This document shows positions 19,548 to 31,694 of a stretch of DNA of 64,000 nucleotides, one piece after another (position 1 is the first letter of the stretch; each line of letters opens with the position of its first letter). A model generated the notes under the pieces. That model was not told the DNA's origin and made no database searches. It was given only the letters and a program-made list of their open reading frames with translations. The position numbers and the translations under genes were made by a program. This stretch comes from Polyangiaceae bacterium. Lineage in GTDB: Bacteria; Myxococcota_A; Polyangia; Polyangiales; Polyangiaceae. The stretch spans positions 1 to 64,000 of the forward strand of contig JAPSGB010000017.1 of NCBI GenBank assembly GCA_035063585.1, read 5' to 3'.

Positions 19548-20413
19548 GCGAGCGGGGCCCACTACTATTTATCGTAGGGACCCCGATCGGCAACCTCGGC
19601 GACCTCACCCTGCGCGCCGTGGAGACGCTCCGCGAGGTCGAGCATGTGGCGGCCGAGGACACCCGACGCACGCGCGCGCTCCTCTCCCACCTCGGGATCC
19701 ACGGCAAGACGCTCCACTCACTCGACGCCAACGCGAGCCCCGAGAAGGTCGAGCGGTTGGTAGAGCGCTTGGCCGCCGGCGAGCGCGTCGCGCTGGTCAC
19801 CGATGCGGGGATGCCGGGCGTGAGCGACCCGGGCGCGGCGCTGGTGCGCCGCGCGACGGAGCGCGAGGTGCCGATGACGGTCGTGCCCGGCCCGAGCGCG
19901 CTCACCGCCGCGGTCGCGCTGTCGGGTCTCGTCGAGGGACCGTTTCTGTTCCTCGGCTTCCTGCCGCGCGCGGGCCCGAAGCGGCGTGCGCTCCTCGAGC
20001 GGCTCCACGCGAGCGGTGAGGCCGTCGTACTGTTCGAGTCGCCGAACCGCACGCAGGCGACGCTCGCCGAGCTCGCGGAGAGGAACCCGGAGCGCGCCGC
20101 GTGCGTCTGCCGCGAGCTCACCAAGTTGTACGAAGAGACGACCCGGGGGAGCCTGCGGGAGCTTGCCGGGGCGACGCGGGATTGGCGCGGCGAGATCGTC
20201 ATCGTGCTCGCGCCGTGGTCGGCGCCGCGGCCCGTGGAGCTCGACGCCACCCTCCTCGAATCGCGGATCGGCGCGCGGCTCGCGGCGGGCGCCTCGGTGC
20301 GGACGGTCGCCGATGAGCTCCTCGCCGAGAGCGGTCTTCCGCGACGCGAGCTCTACGCGCGGGTGCTCCGCGAGCAGGAGCGGCGCGCGCACCCAGGAGC
20401 CTCGGAGCGATGA
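19544..20413 (+). CDS. rsmI: 16S rRNA C1402 2'-O-methyltransferase
   Basis: [30 protein letters not shown] and RELTKLYEE motifs. Confidence 0.92.
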   Translation: MSERGPLLFIVGTPIGNLGDLTLRAVETLREVEHVAAEDTRRTRALLSHLGIHGKTLHSLDANASPEKVERLVERLAAGERVALVTDAGMPGVSDPGAALVRRATEREVPMTVVPGPSALTAAVALSGLVEGPFLFLGFLPRAGPKRRALLERLHASGEAVVLFESPNRTQATLAELAERNPERAACVCRELTKLYEETTRGSLRELAGATRDWRGEIVIVLAPWSAPRPVELDATLLESRIGARLAAGASVRTVADELLAESGLPRRELYARVLREQERRAHPGASER

Positions 20414-20865
20414 TGGCGAAGCGACCGCCGCTCTACGTCCGGGTGTTCATCCGGTTCCTGCTCCACCCGCTGTCACGGCTGAACGCGCGTATTTACCGGC
20501 TGAGTCGCGGGCGACTCGGCGGCGGGGTGGGCGCGCGCCGAGTGGGCCTGCTCACTACCGTCGGGAGGAAGACGGGCGTGCCACGCACCGTGCCGCTCCT
20601 CTGCTTCGAAGACGGTGAGCGCGTGCTCCTCGTGGCGGCCGAGGGAGGCATGCCGAAGCATCCGCAGTGGTATTTGAACCTCTGCGCGAACCCCGAGGTG
20701 CGCGTCACGCTCGCCGGGCGCACGCGCTCGATGCGCGCACGCACCGCGAGTGAGGACGAGCGAGCGGCGTGGTGGCCCGAGCTCACCCGATATTATCGCG
20801 GGTGGGCCGAGTATCAGTCGTGGACGGACCGGGTCATCCCGGTCGTCGTGTGCGAGCCCGGCTGA
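20410..20865 (+). CDS. Deazaflavin (F420)-dependent nitroreductase family protein (Ddn-like)
   Basis: LLTTVGRKTG..RTVPL, GG..KHPQWYLNL.ANPEV and YQSWTDRVIPVV motifs. Confidence 0.85.
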   Translation: MMAKRPPLYVRVFIRFLLHPLSRLNARIYRLSRGRLGGGVGARRVGLLTTVGRKTGVPRTVPLLCFEDGERVLLVAAEGGMPKHPQWYLNLCANPEVRVTLAGRTRSMRARTASEDERAAWWPELTRYYRGWAEYQSWTDRVIPVVVCEPG

Positions 20866-21638
20866 GCGCGCGCCGCAGCCACCAGCCGGCCGCGCTCGAA
20901 GGTGATGTGACGGACCAGCGGCTCGAGCGCGTCGAACTCCGGTTGGACCGTCATTTGCGCGGCGTGCTTCCGATAGAGGTAGACGACCTCGTCGAGCACG
21001 AAGCCCGACACCTGGCCGGTCACGCTGAGCACCATCCCGAGATCTTCGGCTTGGGGCAGGCCCTGCCAGCCGCCCACGCGCCGGAGGAGCCCCGCCTCGA
21101 CGAGCAGCGTGGTCGGCCCGATGGGAAACCTGAAGCACGGGCAGGCCCAGGCGCGCCAGACGTCTCCCGGTTGGTTCAGCCCGCTCGACACCGGCCCGAC
21201 GAACGGCACCGCGCCCCGCTCGTCGAGATCGGCGATACGCCCGGCGACCCAGCCGAGGTGGTGCTCGCGCGCCGCCGCGAGCCGCCGCGCGAGCGAGCCC
21301 GGCGGGAGCCGATCGTCGTCGTCCGCGGAGGTGACGAAATCACCGCGAGCGAGCCCGAGCGCGAGGTTCCGCGCCGCCGCGGCCCCCACCCTCCGCCCGA
21401 CCCGGAGCGAGCGGACGCGCGGGTCGTCGAGGAGCGCCGCAGGGAGCGCGCGCGCGTGGTCGCCGTCCACGGCGAGCACCCACTCCCAGTCGCACCGGGC
21501 ACGGTCGAGATCGGCGTGAAGCTCGAGGAGGAAGCCGAGGCGCTCCGGACTCAGCGTGGTAGCCGTGAGGACGCTCAGCGCGGGGTGCGTCCCGCGCGGC
21601 GGCACGTCGGTCCCCCATGCGCGCCCGCCGTCGGCCAT
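20814..21638 (-). CDS. Glycosyltransferase family 2
   Basis: AAARNLALGLARGDFVTSADDDD (DxD), VGGW and AED motifs. Confidence 0.8.
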   Translation of the reverse strand: MADGGRAWGTDVPPRGTHPALSVLTATTLSPERLGFLLELHADLDRARCDWEWVLAVDGDHARALPAALLDDPRVRSLRVGRRVGAAAARNLALGLARGDFVTSADDDDRLPPGSLARRLAAAREHHLGWVAGRIADLDERGAVPFVGPVSSGLNQPGDVWRAWACPCFRFPIGPTTLLVEAGLLRRVGGWQGLPQAEDLGMVLSVTGQVSGFVLDEVVYLYRKHAAQMTVQPEFDALEPLVRHITFERGRLVAAARAQPGSHTTTGMTRSVHD

Positions 21639-21684
21639 CGACGGAGAGCATGACGCTCCCCTCGCGAGCCGCCGATGACGTTCG

Positions 21685-22842
21685 TCATTCAGCGAGCGCG
21701 CGCTCGCACTCGCCGAGGTAGTCGCGCGCGACCTCGTCGACCGGTCGCGCGGCTCCGCGCTCGTCGCGGCGCGCGTCCCAGCCGGTGAGCGCGGCGAGCG
21801 CCGTGACCAGACCGTCGAGCCGACGGTCGGCGATGGGCGCGGCGTCGCCGCCCTGCTCTCGCTCGCCGAGCTCGAGCTTCACATCGTCGAGGAGCGCGGG
21901 CACGAGCGCCGGAGTGCCCAGCTCCGCGGCGAGGAGGACGAACCGCTCGCGCACCCACCAGGCGTACTCGGCGTGGAGCCGGGGGAGCGCCGCGAGGTAG
22001 TGTCCGACGAAGAACGCGCGCTCTTCGTCGGTGGGTCGCGCGCGCTCGAAGCGGGCGTTTTCGAGGAGCGGGCGAAGTCGCGAGGCGGCGAGCTGGACGC
22101 CAAGATACCGATCCTGGTCGCTCGAACCCGGATAGCCGGCGAACGAGCGCGCGAGGACACGGCCCACGCTGTCGGTCACGCCGATGAAGACGTCGAAGTC
22201 CGCGGAGCTCACGGAGGCCCGGCTGCCGCGCACCCCGCGCGGCAGCGGCGGCGGCGCGAGCTCGCGGAACTCCGCGGTCATGGCGGGGAGGGCGTCGGCG
22301 AGCGCGGTCATCAACGCCGCGCGAGGCACGAGCGCGTGAGCGATGACGAGCGCGCCGCCTGTGCCCTGACTCTGCCCGGAGGAGCGGAGCGCAAAGCCGT
22401 GGGCGGCGAAGGAGCTTGGGTCGTCGTCGCTCGGCGTCAGGCGCCAGAGCGTGAGCCCGCCCGAGTGACCGCTGCCGTGCTCGAGCACCACTCGCGCGAT
22501 GGGCTCGGTCAGCGGATCGCAGCCGAACCGGACCTCGACCACGCTGCCGTCGAGGGACGGGACATACGCGCGGCGGAGCTCGGTCGCGATGCGCGCTTCG
22601 CGGAGGCGATGATCCGCGCACGTCGAGGCGCGGTCGGGCGGCGCGGGCACCGGCGGCGGGCGCTCGAGGCGGCAGCGGCTCGGGGCGGGAGCGCGCGGAG
22701 GGAGCGCGGGCGCGGGGGTCGCAGCCGAGGAGCGCGGCGTGGACGCGACCGGGGCGGCGCTGGCCGGCGACGGCGCTCGAGCGAGGAGCTTCGGGGAGCA
22801 TGCGGCGAGCAGGCTCGCGAGGATGGCCGGGGAGGCGCGCAT
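21685..22842 (-). CDS. Hypothetical lipoprotein
   Basis: MRASPAILASLLAAC lipobox; -10-like TACCAT lies 6 nt upstream of the ATG. Confidence 0.6.
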   Translation of the reverse strand: MRASPAILASLLAACSPKLLARAPSPASAAPVASTPRSSAATPAPALPPRAPAPSRCRLERPPPVPAPPDRASTCADHRLREARIATELRRAYVPSLDGSVVEVRFGCDPLTEPIARVVLEHGSGHSGGLTLWRLTPSDDDPSSFAAHGFALRSSGQSQGTGGALVIAHALVPRAALMTALADALPAMTAEFRELAPPPLPRGVRGSRASVSSADFDVFIGVTDSVGRVLARSFAGYPGSSDQDRYLGVQLAASRLRPLLENARFERARPTDEERAFFVGHYLAALPRLHAEYAWWVRERFVLLAAELGTPALVPALLDDVKLELGEREQGGDAAPIADRRLDGLVTALAALTGWDARRDERGAARPVDEVARDYLGECERALAE

Positions 22843-23038
22843 CCCACGATGGTAAACGCAGGGGACCCGAAAGTTCCCTTGGCGCGGGGGCGCGACCCGT
22901 CGATTCCGCGCCGCGCCGACCCCACCCATCACCTCGGGGGACGACGGGCGGATGGATAATTTCCGAGAAAACCACGACGCGCGGCGACCCGTCGCGCGGA
23001 TTCGGGACGCGGGGCATCTGTGCTAAGACGGCCCGACC

Positions 23039-24672
<1,634 letters not shown>

Positions 24673-24676
<4 letters not shown>

Positions 24677-25332
24677 CGCTCTCTCGCACGCTGGCTCTCG
24701 CCTTCGCCTCGGCGGCGCTGCTCCTCGCGGCCGGCTGCTCCGGCGGTAGCCCACCCGAGCAACCCGAGCTCGATCCGTCGCTCGCCGCGAACGTGCTCGA
24801 GGGGGTACCGAGCGACATCGCGCGCACCTACGTCGACTTCGGCTCGAAGGTGCACCTGGTCGGATACAAGGTCGAGCCCGAGGGCGTCACCGCGCCGGGC
24901 ACGCTGGTCAAGCTCACGCTCTACTGGCAGCCGCAGGTCAGGCTCGGGCGCGGGTGGCGGCTCTTCACGCACGTGCTCGACGACCGCGACCGGCAGATCG
25001 CCAACCTCGACAACGTAGGTCCGCTTCGAAAGCTCGAGGGCGCAGGCCCCGCCGAGCATCAGACGCTCGGCCCGAGTGAGTGGCAGCCGGGCAAGATCTA
25101 CGTCGACGAGCAGACGTTCCAGGTACCGGGCGACACCCGCTCCACCGAGCTCACCTTCGCCGTCGGGGTCTGGCGCGGAAATACCCGCCTGCCGATCCTG
25201 AGCGGGCGCGCCGACCGGCAGAACCGCGCCATCGTGGCGCACCTCGTCACGGGCTTGCGGCCGCCGCCGCCGGCGCCCAAGGCATCGACCTCGGCGGCTC
25301 CCGCGCCGCCCGTCGCGCCGGCGCCGCGCTGA
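24673..25332 (+). CDS. Lipoprotein with Ig-like domain, paralogous to the N-terminus of the next gene
   Basis: LAAGC lipobox; LTLYW...WRLFTHVLD...DNVGPLR...WQPGKIYVDEQ shared with the downstream CDS. Confidence 0.7.
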
Positions 25333-25358
25333 GCATCGAGCAGAGAGAGGAAGTCCTG

Positions 25359-26849
25359 ATGATCATGAGTCGTTCGCTCGCGAGGTCCTCGTCGCTCTTC
25401 GTCCTCCTGGCAGCGCTCGGCGCGGGCGGCTGCGTCGGCGGCTCCTCCGAGGTGACCGCGACGGACAAGGAGGCCTTGAAGGCCTACGTCCTCGACAAGG
25501 CGCCGGAGAAGCTCCCGCACCGGCTCGACATCGACTTCGACGGCAAGGTGACGCTCCTCGGCTACCGCATCGAGCCGGAGGGCGCGGTCCAGCCGAACCA
25601 GCGCGTCAAGCTCACCATGTACTGGCGCTCGGACAAGAAGCTCGACGGCGCGTGGAACCTCTTCACGCACTTGCTCGACGGCTCCGGCGAGCGGGTCATG
25701 AACATCGACAACGTGGGCCCCATCCGAGAGCTGCGCGGCACCACCCAGGTGCTCGGCCCGAGCCAGTGGCAGGCGGGCAAGGTCTACGTGGACGAGCAGG
25801 TCTTCAACGTGCCCGCCAAGCTCCGCACCGACAAGCTCCAGGTCGTCGTGGGCGTGTGGAAAGACAACGACCGCCTGAAGCCGACGAGTGGCCCGCACGA
25901 CCGCGAGAACCGCGGGCTCGTCGCCACCCTCACCACCACCACCGCGACGGCGCGAGAGAAGCCCGCGGCGAACACCCGTGTCCCGACGCTGCGGGTCGAC
26001 AAGCTCGCGAAGGGCGAGCGCATCAAGCTCGACGGCAAGCTCGACGACGAGGCGTGGAAGACCGCGCCGGTGGCCGGGCCCTTCGTGAACGTCAGCACCG
26101 GCCACGCCGACCAGAAGTCGCCCGTCGGCGGCTCGGTCAAGGTTCTATGGGACGACGCCGGCCTCTACCTCGGCTTCGACGTGAAGGACGCGGATCTCCA
26201 GGGTGGCTTCAAGAAGACCGACAAGGACCCGCATCTCTGGAAGAAGAGCGCCGTCGAGATCATGATCGACCCCGACGGCGACGGGGACAACAAGGACTAC
26301 TACGAGATCCAGGTGGGCCCGCAAAACCTGGTCTTCGACTCGCACTTCGACGACTACGGCCAGCCCAAGAAGGAGCCCGACGGGCCCTTCGGCCACCAGG
26401 AGTGGTCGGCGAAGCTAAAGAGCGCGGTGACCGTCAGGGGGACCATCGACGAGTCCGACGACAAGGACGAGGGCTACACGGTCGAGCTCATGATCCCGTG
26501 GAAGTCCTTTTCCAAGGCCAAGTCGTCGCCGCCCAAGCTCGGCGACGTGTGGCGCGTGAACTTCTACGCGATGAAGAACGACCAGGGCGTCGCTTGGTCG
26601 CCGATCCTCGGGCAGGGGACTTTCCACAAGGCATCTCGGTTCGGGAAGATCCTGTGGGCGGAGAAGGGCTGGGCCCCGCCCATCCCGGCGCCGCTCGCGG
26701 CCGCGCCGAGCGCCGCGCCACCCGCGTCGGGCTCCGCCTCGCCGCCAGCACCCTCCCGGCCCCCGGATTTCAAGCCGCTCATGGTGCCCGAGCGGATCCG
26801 GGAGCAGCTCCCCCTCGTGCGCCCCGAGCTCAAGCCGACCAAGAAGTGA
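25359..26849 (+). CDS. Lipoprotein: Ig-like domain + CBM9-like (DOMON) sugar-binding domain
   Basis: LDGKLDDEAW, VLWDDAGLYLGF.V.D, VEIMIDPDGD, YYEIQV and YTVELMIPW motifs. Confidence 0.75.
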   Translation: MIMSRSLARSSSLFVLLAALGAGGCVGGSSEVTATDKEALKAYVLDKAPEKLPHRLDIDFDGKVTLLGYRIEPEGAVQPNQRVKLTMYWRSDKKLDGAWNLFTHLLDGSGERVMNIDNVGPIRELRGTTQVLGPSQWQAGKVYVDEQVFNVPAKLRTDKLQVVVGVWKDNDRLKPTSGPHDRENRGLVATLTTTTATAREKPAANTRVPTLRVDKLAKGERIKLDGKLDDEAWKTAPVAGPFVNVSTGHADQKSPVGGSVKVLWDDAGLYLGFDVKDADLQGGFKKTDKDPHLWKKSAVEIMIDPDGDGDNKDYYEIQVGPQNLVFDSHFDDYGQPKKEPDGPFGHQEWSAKLKSAVTVRGTIDESDDKDEGYTVELMIPWKSFSKAKSSPPKLGDVWRVNFYAMKNDQGVAWSPILGQGTFHKASRFGKILWAEKGWAPPIPAPLAAAPSAAPPASGSASPPAPSRPPDFKPLMVPERIREQLPLVRPELKPTKK

Positions 26850-26859
26850 CGCCGCGCGC

Positions 26860-27282
26860 TCAGAAGCGGTAGCGCCGCGCGAGCGCGCCCTCGAGGTCCG
26901 CGCAGCGCCGGGCACCCTCGCGAGCGCGCGCGAGGCGCGCCTCCGAGCTCTCGACCAGGGCGGCGGCGCTCGCCGCCGGAGGCGCCGCCGCGTCCATGGC
27001 GAGCGCGCTCGCGAGCGCGCGCGCCGTGCCGAGCGCGCCCAGCAGGTCACGATACGCCGCGACGCAGGTCGCTTTGAGCTCGCGGACGTCCGAGCTCGCG
27101 CACGGCTCGGCCTCGAGCGCGGCGAGGAAGGGCGCCTTGGCCGGATTCGGCGCGGCGCGGAGCTGCTGCACCGAGCGCGCCACGCGGGCGGCCTCCGCGC
27201 GGTGCGCCTCCTCGGCTTCGCCCCGGCACGCGAGCGCCGTGAGGCCGGCGAGCGCGAGCGCCCAGCGGGCGAGGCCGGGCAC
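26860..27282 (-). CDS. Hypothetical lipoprotein
   Basis: GTG start just after the upstream stop, TALAC lipobox. Confidence 0.55.
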   Translation of the reverse strand: MPGLARWALALAGLTALACRGEAEEAHRAEAARVARSVQQLRAAPNPAKAPFLAALEAEPCASSDVRELKATCVAAYRDLLGALGTARALASALAMDAAAPPAASAAALVESSEARLARAREGARRCADLEGALARRYRF

Positions 27283-27290
27283 GAGCCGGC

Positions 27291-27827
27291 TCAGTCCGCG
27301 ACCTTCGGGGGCGGGCCCATCTGGATCCGCTCGCCGATGTACGCGCCGATCAACGTGAAGAGCACGCCGATGGCGGACATGAGCACATACATGAAGGCGG
27401 GCATCGTCTTCACCGTCTGGCTCTTGAAGAGCAGGAACGCGGTGGGCAGCGCGACGAGGAAGACCGCCGCTACCGGCTCGATGAAGGTGCGTCCGGGCGA
27501 GATGAGGCCGATGAGGACGCCGGCCAAGAACCACACCGGGACGGCGACCATCATCCCGGCGGAGCCCTCGAAGTCGAACGCGGGCACCACCATCGGCAAG
27601 CCCATGACCAGCGCCGCGGTGAGCACCGTCACGATGACGATCGACACCCCGAACCAGGCCAGGCTGAAGCCCTCCTGCTGGTAGCGCCGCTCGAGCTCGT
27701 CCTGGCGCGAGAGCGCGCGCTTGACGTCCTCGATCTTCGCGCCGCACGAGACGCACCGGTTGTTGATGAGCGGCGCGGTGTTCTTGAAACCGCAGGACGG
27801 GCAGATGATGTTCTTGGTCGCTGCCAT
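27291..27827 (-). CDS. Zinc-ribbon membrane protein
   Basis: CPSCG...CVSCG followed by four TM segments. Confidence 0.75.
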   Translation of the reverse strand: MAATKNIICPSCGFKNTAPLINNRCVSCGAKIEDVKRALSRQDELERRYQQEGFSLAWFGVSIVIVTVLTAALVMGLPMVVPAFDFEGSAGMMVAVPVWFLAGVLIGLISPGRTFIEPVAAVFLVALPTAFLLFKSQTVKTMPAFMYVLMSAIGVLFTLIGAYIGERIQMGPPPKVAD

Positions 27828-27998
27828 GGGTGCCTCGGCGGGGAGAGTATACCGGATCGACCGAGAGCGGAAACCGGGCTCGCCGGCCGACGAGCCCCGC
27901 TCCGGCTCCCGCCCGCGGCCGAAGTGGGTTAGGTTGGATGCCGGTTCGGCGCGGAACCTCGCGGCGCGCCGGATTGTCATAAGCTGCTCGAGAGCCCC

Positions 27999-28652
27999 AT
28001 GAACGAGCGCTCACCCGCCGCCGACCCGCAGCTCCCGGCCGAGACCGCGCTGGACCCCGATCTCGAGGCCCTCCCGGAGCCGCGCCGCCCCGGCAGGACC
28101 CTCACCCTGCTCGTGATGGCCGTCACCGCGACCCTCGCGCTGCTGCTGGCGTATGCCCTGCGTGGCGAGGCCGCCTACGCGCTCGAGCGAGGCGCGCCGC
28201 TCGAGCTCGGCGAGCTCGACGGCTTCACGCCGCGCGCGGAGCTCGCCAACCGCTGGGTGCGCGGAGAGGCGCCGCTCGGCTCGAACGGCGCGCTCCGCTA
28301 CGGGCGCCCGCTCGACGGCGACACCTTCCGGCTCGCGCCGGTGGGCGGGAACGACCGGCTGTGGGTCGAGGTCCGCGTCCCGGCGGAGCTCGACGACCCG
28401 CGCTTCGTGCCGCCAAGCTCGTTCGTCGGGCGCCTGGTGCCGTTTCGAAGCTCGGGGCTCGGCCACGCCGGACTCCCGGACGCGGTCGCTGAGGCCGCGA
28501 GCCCGGCGCGCGTGCCCGCCGATGCGTGGGTGCTCATCGACGATCAGTCGCCCCGCGGCACGCGCTGGGCGCTCGGCCTGGTGGCGCTCCTGCTCGGGTT
28601 CGCGGGCTTCAACCTGTGGGGGCTCTATCAGCTCACGCGCCCGGTGAGCTGA
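27999..28652 (+). CDS. Hypothetical membrane protein
   Basis: N- and C-terminal TM segments, typical codon usage. Confidence 0.65.
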   Translation: MNERSPAADPQLPAETALDPDLEALPEPRRPGRTLTLLVMAVTATLALLLAYALRGEAAYALERGAPLELGELDGFTPRAELANRWVRGEAPLGSNGALRYGRPLDGDTFRLAPVGGNDRLWVEVRVPAELDDPRFVPPSSFVGRLVPFRSSGLGHAGLPDAVAEAASPARVPADAWVLIDDQSPRGTRWALGLVALLLGFAGFNLWGLYQLTRPVS

Positions 28653-28731
28653 GGCGCAGAGCCCCCCGCGCGGGCACCCCGGGTTCGCGCTCGCGCGCGG
28701 CCCCGGCCGGTGGCAGAACGCGGAGCGGATC

Positions 28732-29910
28732 ATGGTGAAGAGCGCGAGCCGGAAGCGGGGCGAGAGGCACGTCGTCATCGTCGGGGCGGGCGCCATCGGC
28801 TGCGCGAGCGCGTGGTGCCTGGCGCGGCGCGGCGTCCGAGTGACCGTGCTCGAGCGGGGCGAGCCGGGCGGCGAGGCGTCCACGGCCGCCGCCGGCATCC
28901 TCGGCGCCCAGGCCGAGGCGCACGGCCCGGGCCCGATGACCGAGCTCGCGCTCCTCGCGCGAGCCCGCTATCCGCGCTGGGTAGCCGAGCTCCGCCGGCT
29001 CACGCGCATCGACGTCGGCTACCGCGAGTCGGGGCTCCTACGGGTGGGGCTCGACCGCGCGACGGCGACCCTGCTCGTCAAGGCCGCGCGCTGGCAGGCT
29101 CGCCAGGGCCTCGGCGTCACCGCGCTCGACGGGCGGCGCGCCCGCGCGCTCGAGCCGGCGCTCTCGCCAGCGGTCGCCGGAGGCGTGCGCTTCGACGACG
29201 CGCACCTCGAGCCGAGGGCGTTCTTCGCCGCGCTCCGCGGCGCCGCGCTCGCCGCCGGCGCGCGGATCGTCACCGGCGTGTCGGCGGCGAGCGTGCTCAT
29301 CGAGGGAGAGCGCGCGGTCGGCGTCGCGCTCGACGACGGCAGCCGCCTCGTCGCGAGCGACGTGGTGGTCGCCGCGGGGAGCTTCACCACGCTCCTCGGC
29401 GGGCTCCCGCTCGCGGCGGACGCCGTGCGCCCCGCGCGCGGGCAAATCATCGAGCTCCGATCGCCCGCGCCGCTCATCCGTCAGGTGGTGTTCGGGCCGC
29501 GCTGCTACCTCGTGCCCCGCGACGACGGGCGCACCGCGGTAGGCTCGACGCTCGAGTTCGTCGGCTTCCAGCGCGGCGTCACCGCGGCCGCCGTGCAGGC
29601 GCTGCTCGCCGCCGCCATCGAGCTCGTGCCGGGGCTCGCGTCAGCCGCGCTCGCCGGCGCCTGGTCCGGCTTCCGCCCGTGGACGCCCGACGAGCTGCCG
29701 CTCATCGGCTCACCCGGCGTCGAGCGGCTCATCATCGCGAGCGGGCACTATCGCAACGGGATCCTGCTCACGCCCATCACCGCCGAGCTGGTGACCGCGC
29801 TGGTGCTCGGGCGGCGACCCGCGCTCGATCTCACCCCGTTCGCGCCGGGCCGCGCGCTCCCGAGCCGAGGCCCGGCCGGGGTGGTCGGGGCGGCGCGGAA
29901 TCCCGCCTGA
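28732..29910 (+). CDS. thiO: Glycine oxidase ThiO / DAO family
   Basis: GAGAIG, ASTAAAGILGAQ, RGQI, YLVPRDDG, GFRPWTPD and GHYRNGILLTP motifs. Confidence 0.8.
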   Translation: MVKSASRKRGERHVVIVGAGAIGCASAWCLARRGVRVTVLERGEPGGEASTAAAGILGAQAEAHGPGPMTELALLARARYPRWVAELRRLTRIDVGYRESGLLRVGLDRATATLLVKAARWQARQGLGVTALDGRRARALEPALSPAVAGGVRFDDAHLEPRAFFAALRGAALAAGARIVTGVSAASVLIEGERAVGVALDDGSRLVASDVVVAAGSFTTLLGGLPLAADAVRPARGQIIELRSPAPLIRQVVFGPRCYLVPRDDGRTAVGSTLEFVGFQRGVTAAAVQALLAAAIELVPGLASAALAGAWSGFRPWTPDELPLIGSPGVERLIIASGHYRNGILLTPITAELVTALVLGRRPALDLTPFAPGRALPSRGPAGVVGAARNPA

Positions 29911-29943
29911 CGCTCCGCGCGCGCGTCGTGCTAAACGGCGGCC

Positions 29944-30984
29944 ATGCCCGTCACCTATCGCCAAGCCGGAGTCGACATCGACGCCGGCGACGCCCTGGTC
30001 GAGCGCATCAAGCCGCTCGCGAAGAGCACGCGCATCGCCGAAGTGCTCGCCGACGTGGGCGGCTTCGCTGGCCTCTGCGCGCTGCCGGCCGGCGTCGACG
30101 ACCCCATCCTGGTGAGCGGCACCGACGGCGTCGGCACCAAGCTGAAGGTCGCCTTCGCCACCGGACGCCACGGCACCATCGGGCAAGATCTGGTGGCGAT
30201 GTGCGTGAACGACGTCATCACCACCGGCGCGCGCCCGCTCTTTTTCCTCGACTATTTCGCGTGCGGCAAGCTCGAGGTCGAGCAGGCCGAGCAGGTGATC
30301 GCGGGCATCGCCGAGGGCTGCCGCCAGAGCGGCTGCGCGCTGCTCGGCGGGGAGACGGCCGAGCTGCCCGGCATGTACCCGCGCGGCGAGTACGACTTGG
30401 CGGGTTTTGCCGTCGGCGTCGTGTCACGACGCGCGCTGCTCGGACCGGAGCGCGTGAAGGACGGGGACGCGCTCATCGCCGTGGCGTCGAGCGGGCTGCA
30501 CTCGAACGGCTACTCGCTCGCGCGACGCGTGCTCGAAGCGGAGCTCGGGCTCGCGCTCGACGCGACGCTCCCCGAGCTGGGCGAGACGGTCGCCGACGCG
30601 CTCATCCGTCCGACGCGCATCTACGCGCGCGCCGCCCAGGCGCTCGGGGCCGCGCTCGGCGATGACTTGCACGCCCTCTGCCACGTCACCGGGGGCGGCG
30701 TGCCGGGCAACCTGCCGCGCGTGCTACCGGCCGACGCGGTCGCGCACATGCCCTTCGATCACGCGCGCCCGGCGCTGTTCGAGGTCATCGCGCGGGGCGG
30801 GCCGGTCGAGGAGGCGGAGATGCGCCGCACCTTCAACCTCGGCATCGGCCTCATCGCGGTGGTCGCGGAGCGCCGGGCGGAGGACGCGCTCGCATCGCTC
30901 GCGGGCTCCGGCGAGAAGGCCTGGCGCGCGGGCGTGGTGCGGCGCGGGGGAGTCGAGCACGGCGCCCGCGTCGAGCTCGGCTGA
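29944..30984 (+). CDS. purM: Phosphoribosylformylglycinamidine cyclo-ligase
   Basis: YRQAGVDIDAG, TDGVGTKL, GGETAELPG, SSGLHSNGYSL and RTFNLGIG motifs. Confidence 0.97.
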   Translation: MPVTYRQAGVDIDAGDALVERIKPLAKSTRIAEVLADVGGFAGLCALPAGVDDPILVSGTDGVGTKLKVAFATGRHGTIGQDLVAMCVNDVITTGARPLFFLDYFACGKLEVEQAEQVIAGIAEGCRQSGCALLGGETAELPGMYPRGEYDLAGFAVGVVSRRALLGPERVKDGDALIAVASSGLHSNGYSLARRVLEAELGLALDATLPELGETVADALIRPTRIYARAAQALGAALGDDLHALCHVTGGGVPGNLPRVLPADAVAHMPFDHARPALFEVIARGGPVEEAEMRRTFNLGIGLIAVVAERRAEDALASLAGSGEKAWRAGVVRRGGVEHGARVELG

Positions 30985-31064
30985 CGCGCCGCCCTCGGCG
31001 CGCGCCGCGCGGGCGGCAGCTCGCCGCGGCCGAGCCTCCGGCGGGAGTGCTAGGCTCCGGCCGC

Positions 31065-31694
31065 GTGACGCTCGAGCTCGGCATCCTGATCTCTGGCCGC
31101 GGGTCGAACCTGCAGGCGATCCTCGACGCGGTCGAGCGCGGCGCGCTCGACGCGCGCGTGCGCGTGGTCATCTCGAACCGCGCGGACGCGCCCGGACTCA
31201 CCCGCGCCGCGCAGGCAAGAATCCCCACCGCTACCATCGCCCACCGAGACTACTCCTCGCGCGAGGCGTTCGACGCGGCACTCGTCGAGGCGCTCCGCGG
31301 CGCGGGGGCGGAGCTCATCGTGCTCGCCGGCTTCATGCGCGTGCTCACTCCGGTGATGATAGGCGCCTACCATGACCGGATCATCAACATCCATCCGTCG
31401 CTCTTGCCGGCGTTCCCGGGCGCGCACGCGCACCGCGACGCGCTCGCGTACGGGGTCAAGGTGTCGGGCTGCACGGTGCACTTCGTCGACGAGGGCACCG
31501 ACACCGGACCCATCATCCGCCAGCGCGCGGTGCCGGTGCTCGACGACGACGACGAGGAGCGGCTCGCCGCGCGGGTGCTCGCGGTCGAGCACGCGCTGCT
31601 CGTCGAGGCGCTCGCCGCGATGGCCGAGGGGCGCGTGTCGGTGGAGCCGGGCGACGGAGACCGGCGCGCGCGCGTCGTGGAGAGGCGTGGATGA
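31065..31694 (+). CDS. purN: Phosphoribosylglycinamide formyltransferase
   Basis: ISGRGSNLQA, LAGFMR, NIHPSLLP and GCTVHFVDEGTDTGPII motifs. Confidence 0.97.
   Translation: MTLELGILISGRGSNLQAILDAVERGALDARVRVVISNRADAPGLTRAAQARIPTATIAHRDYSSREAFDAALVEALRGAGAELIVLAGFMRVLTPVMIGAYHDRIINIHPSLLPAFPGAHAHRDALAYGVKVSGCTVHFVDEGTDTGPIIRQRAVPVLDDDDEERLAARVLAVEHALLVEALAAMAEGRVSVEPGDGDRRARVVERRG

Noticed and set aside
31045..31053. CIRCE-like half site GAGTGCTAG; CIRCE also sought upstream of dnaJ
   Set aside because: No matching TTAGCACTC arm at 9-nt spacing; better explained as an extended -10 element.
28732..31694. thiO-purM-purN as a dedicated thiamine/purine operon
   Set aside because: purM and purN each appear to have their own -10-like element, and no other thi genes or TPP riboswitch are seen; adjacency alone is insufficient.
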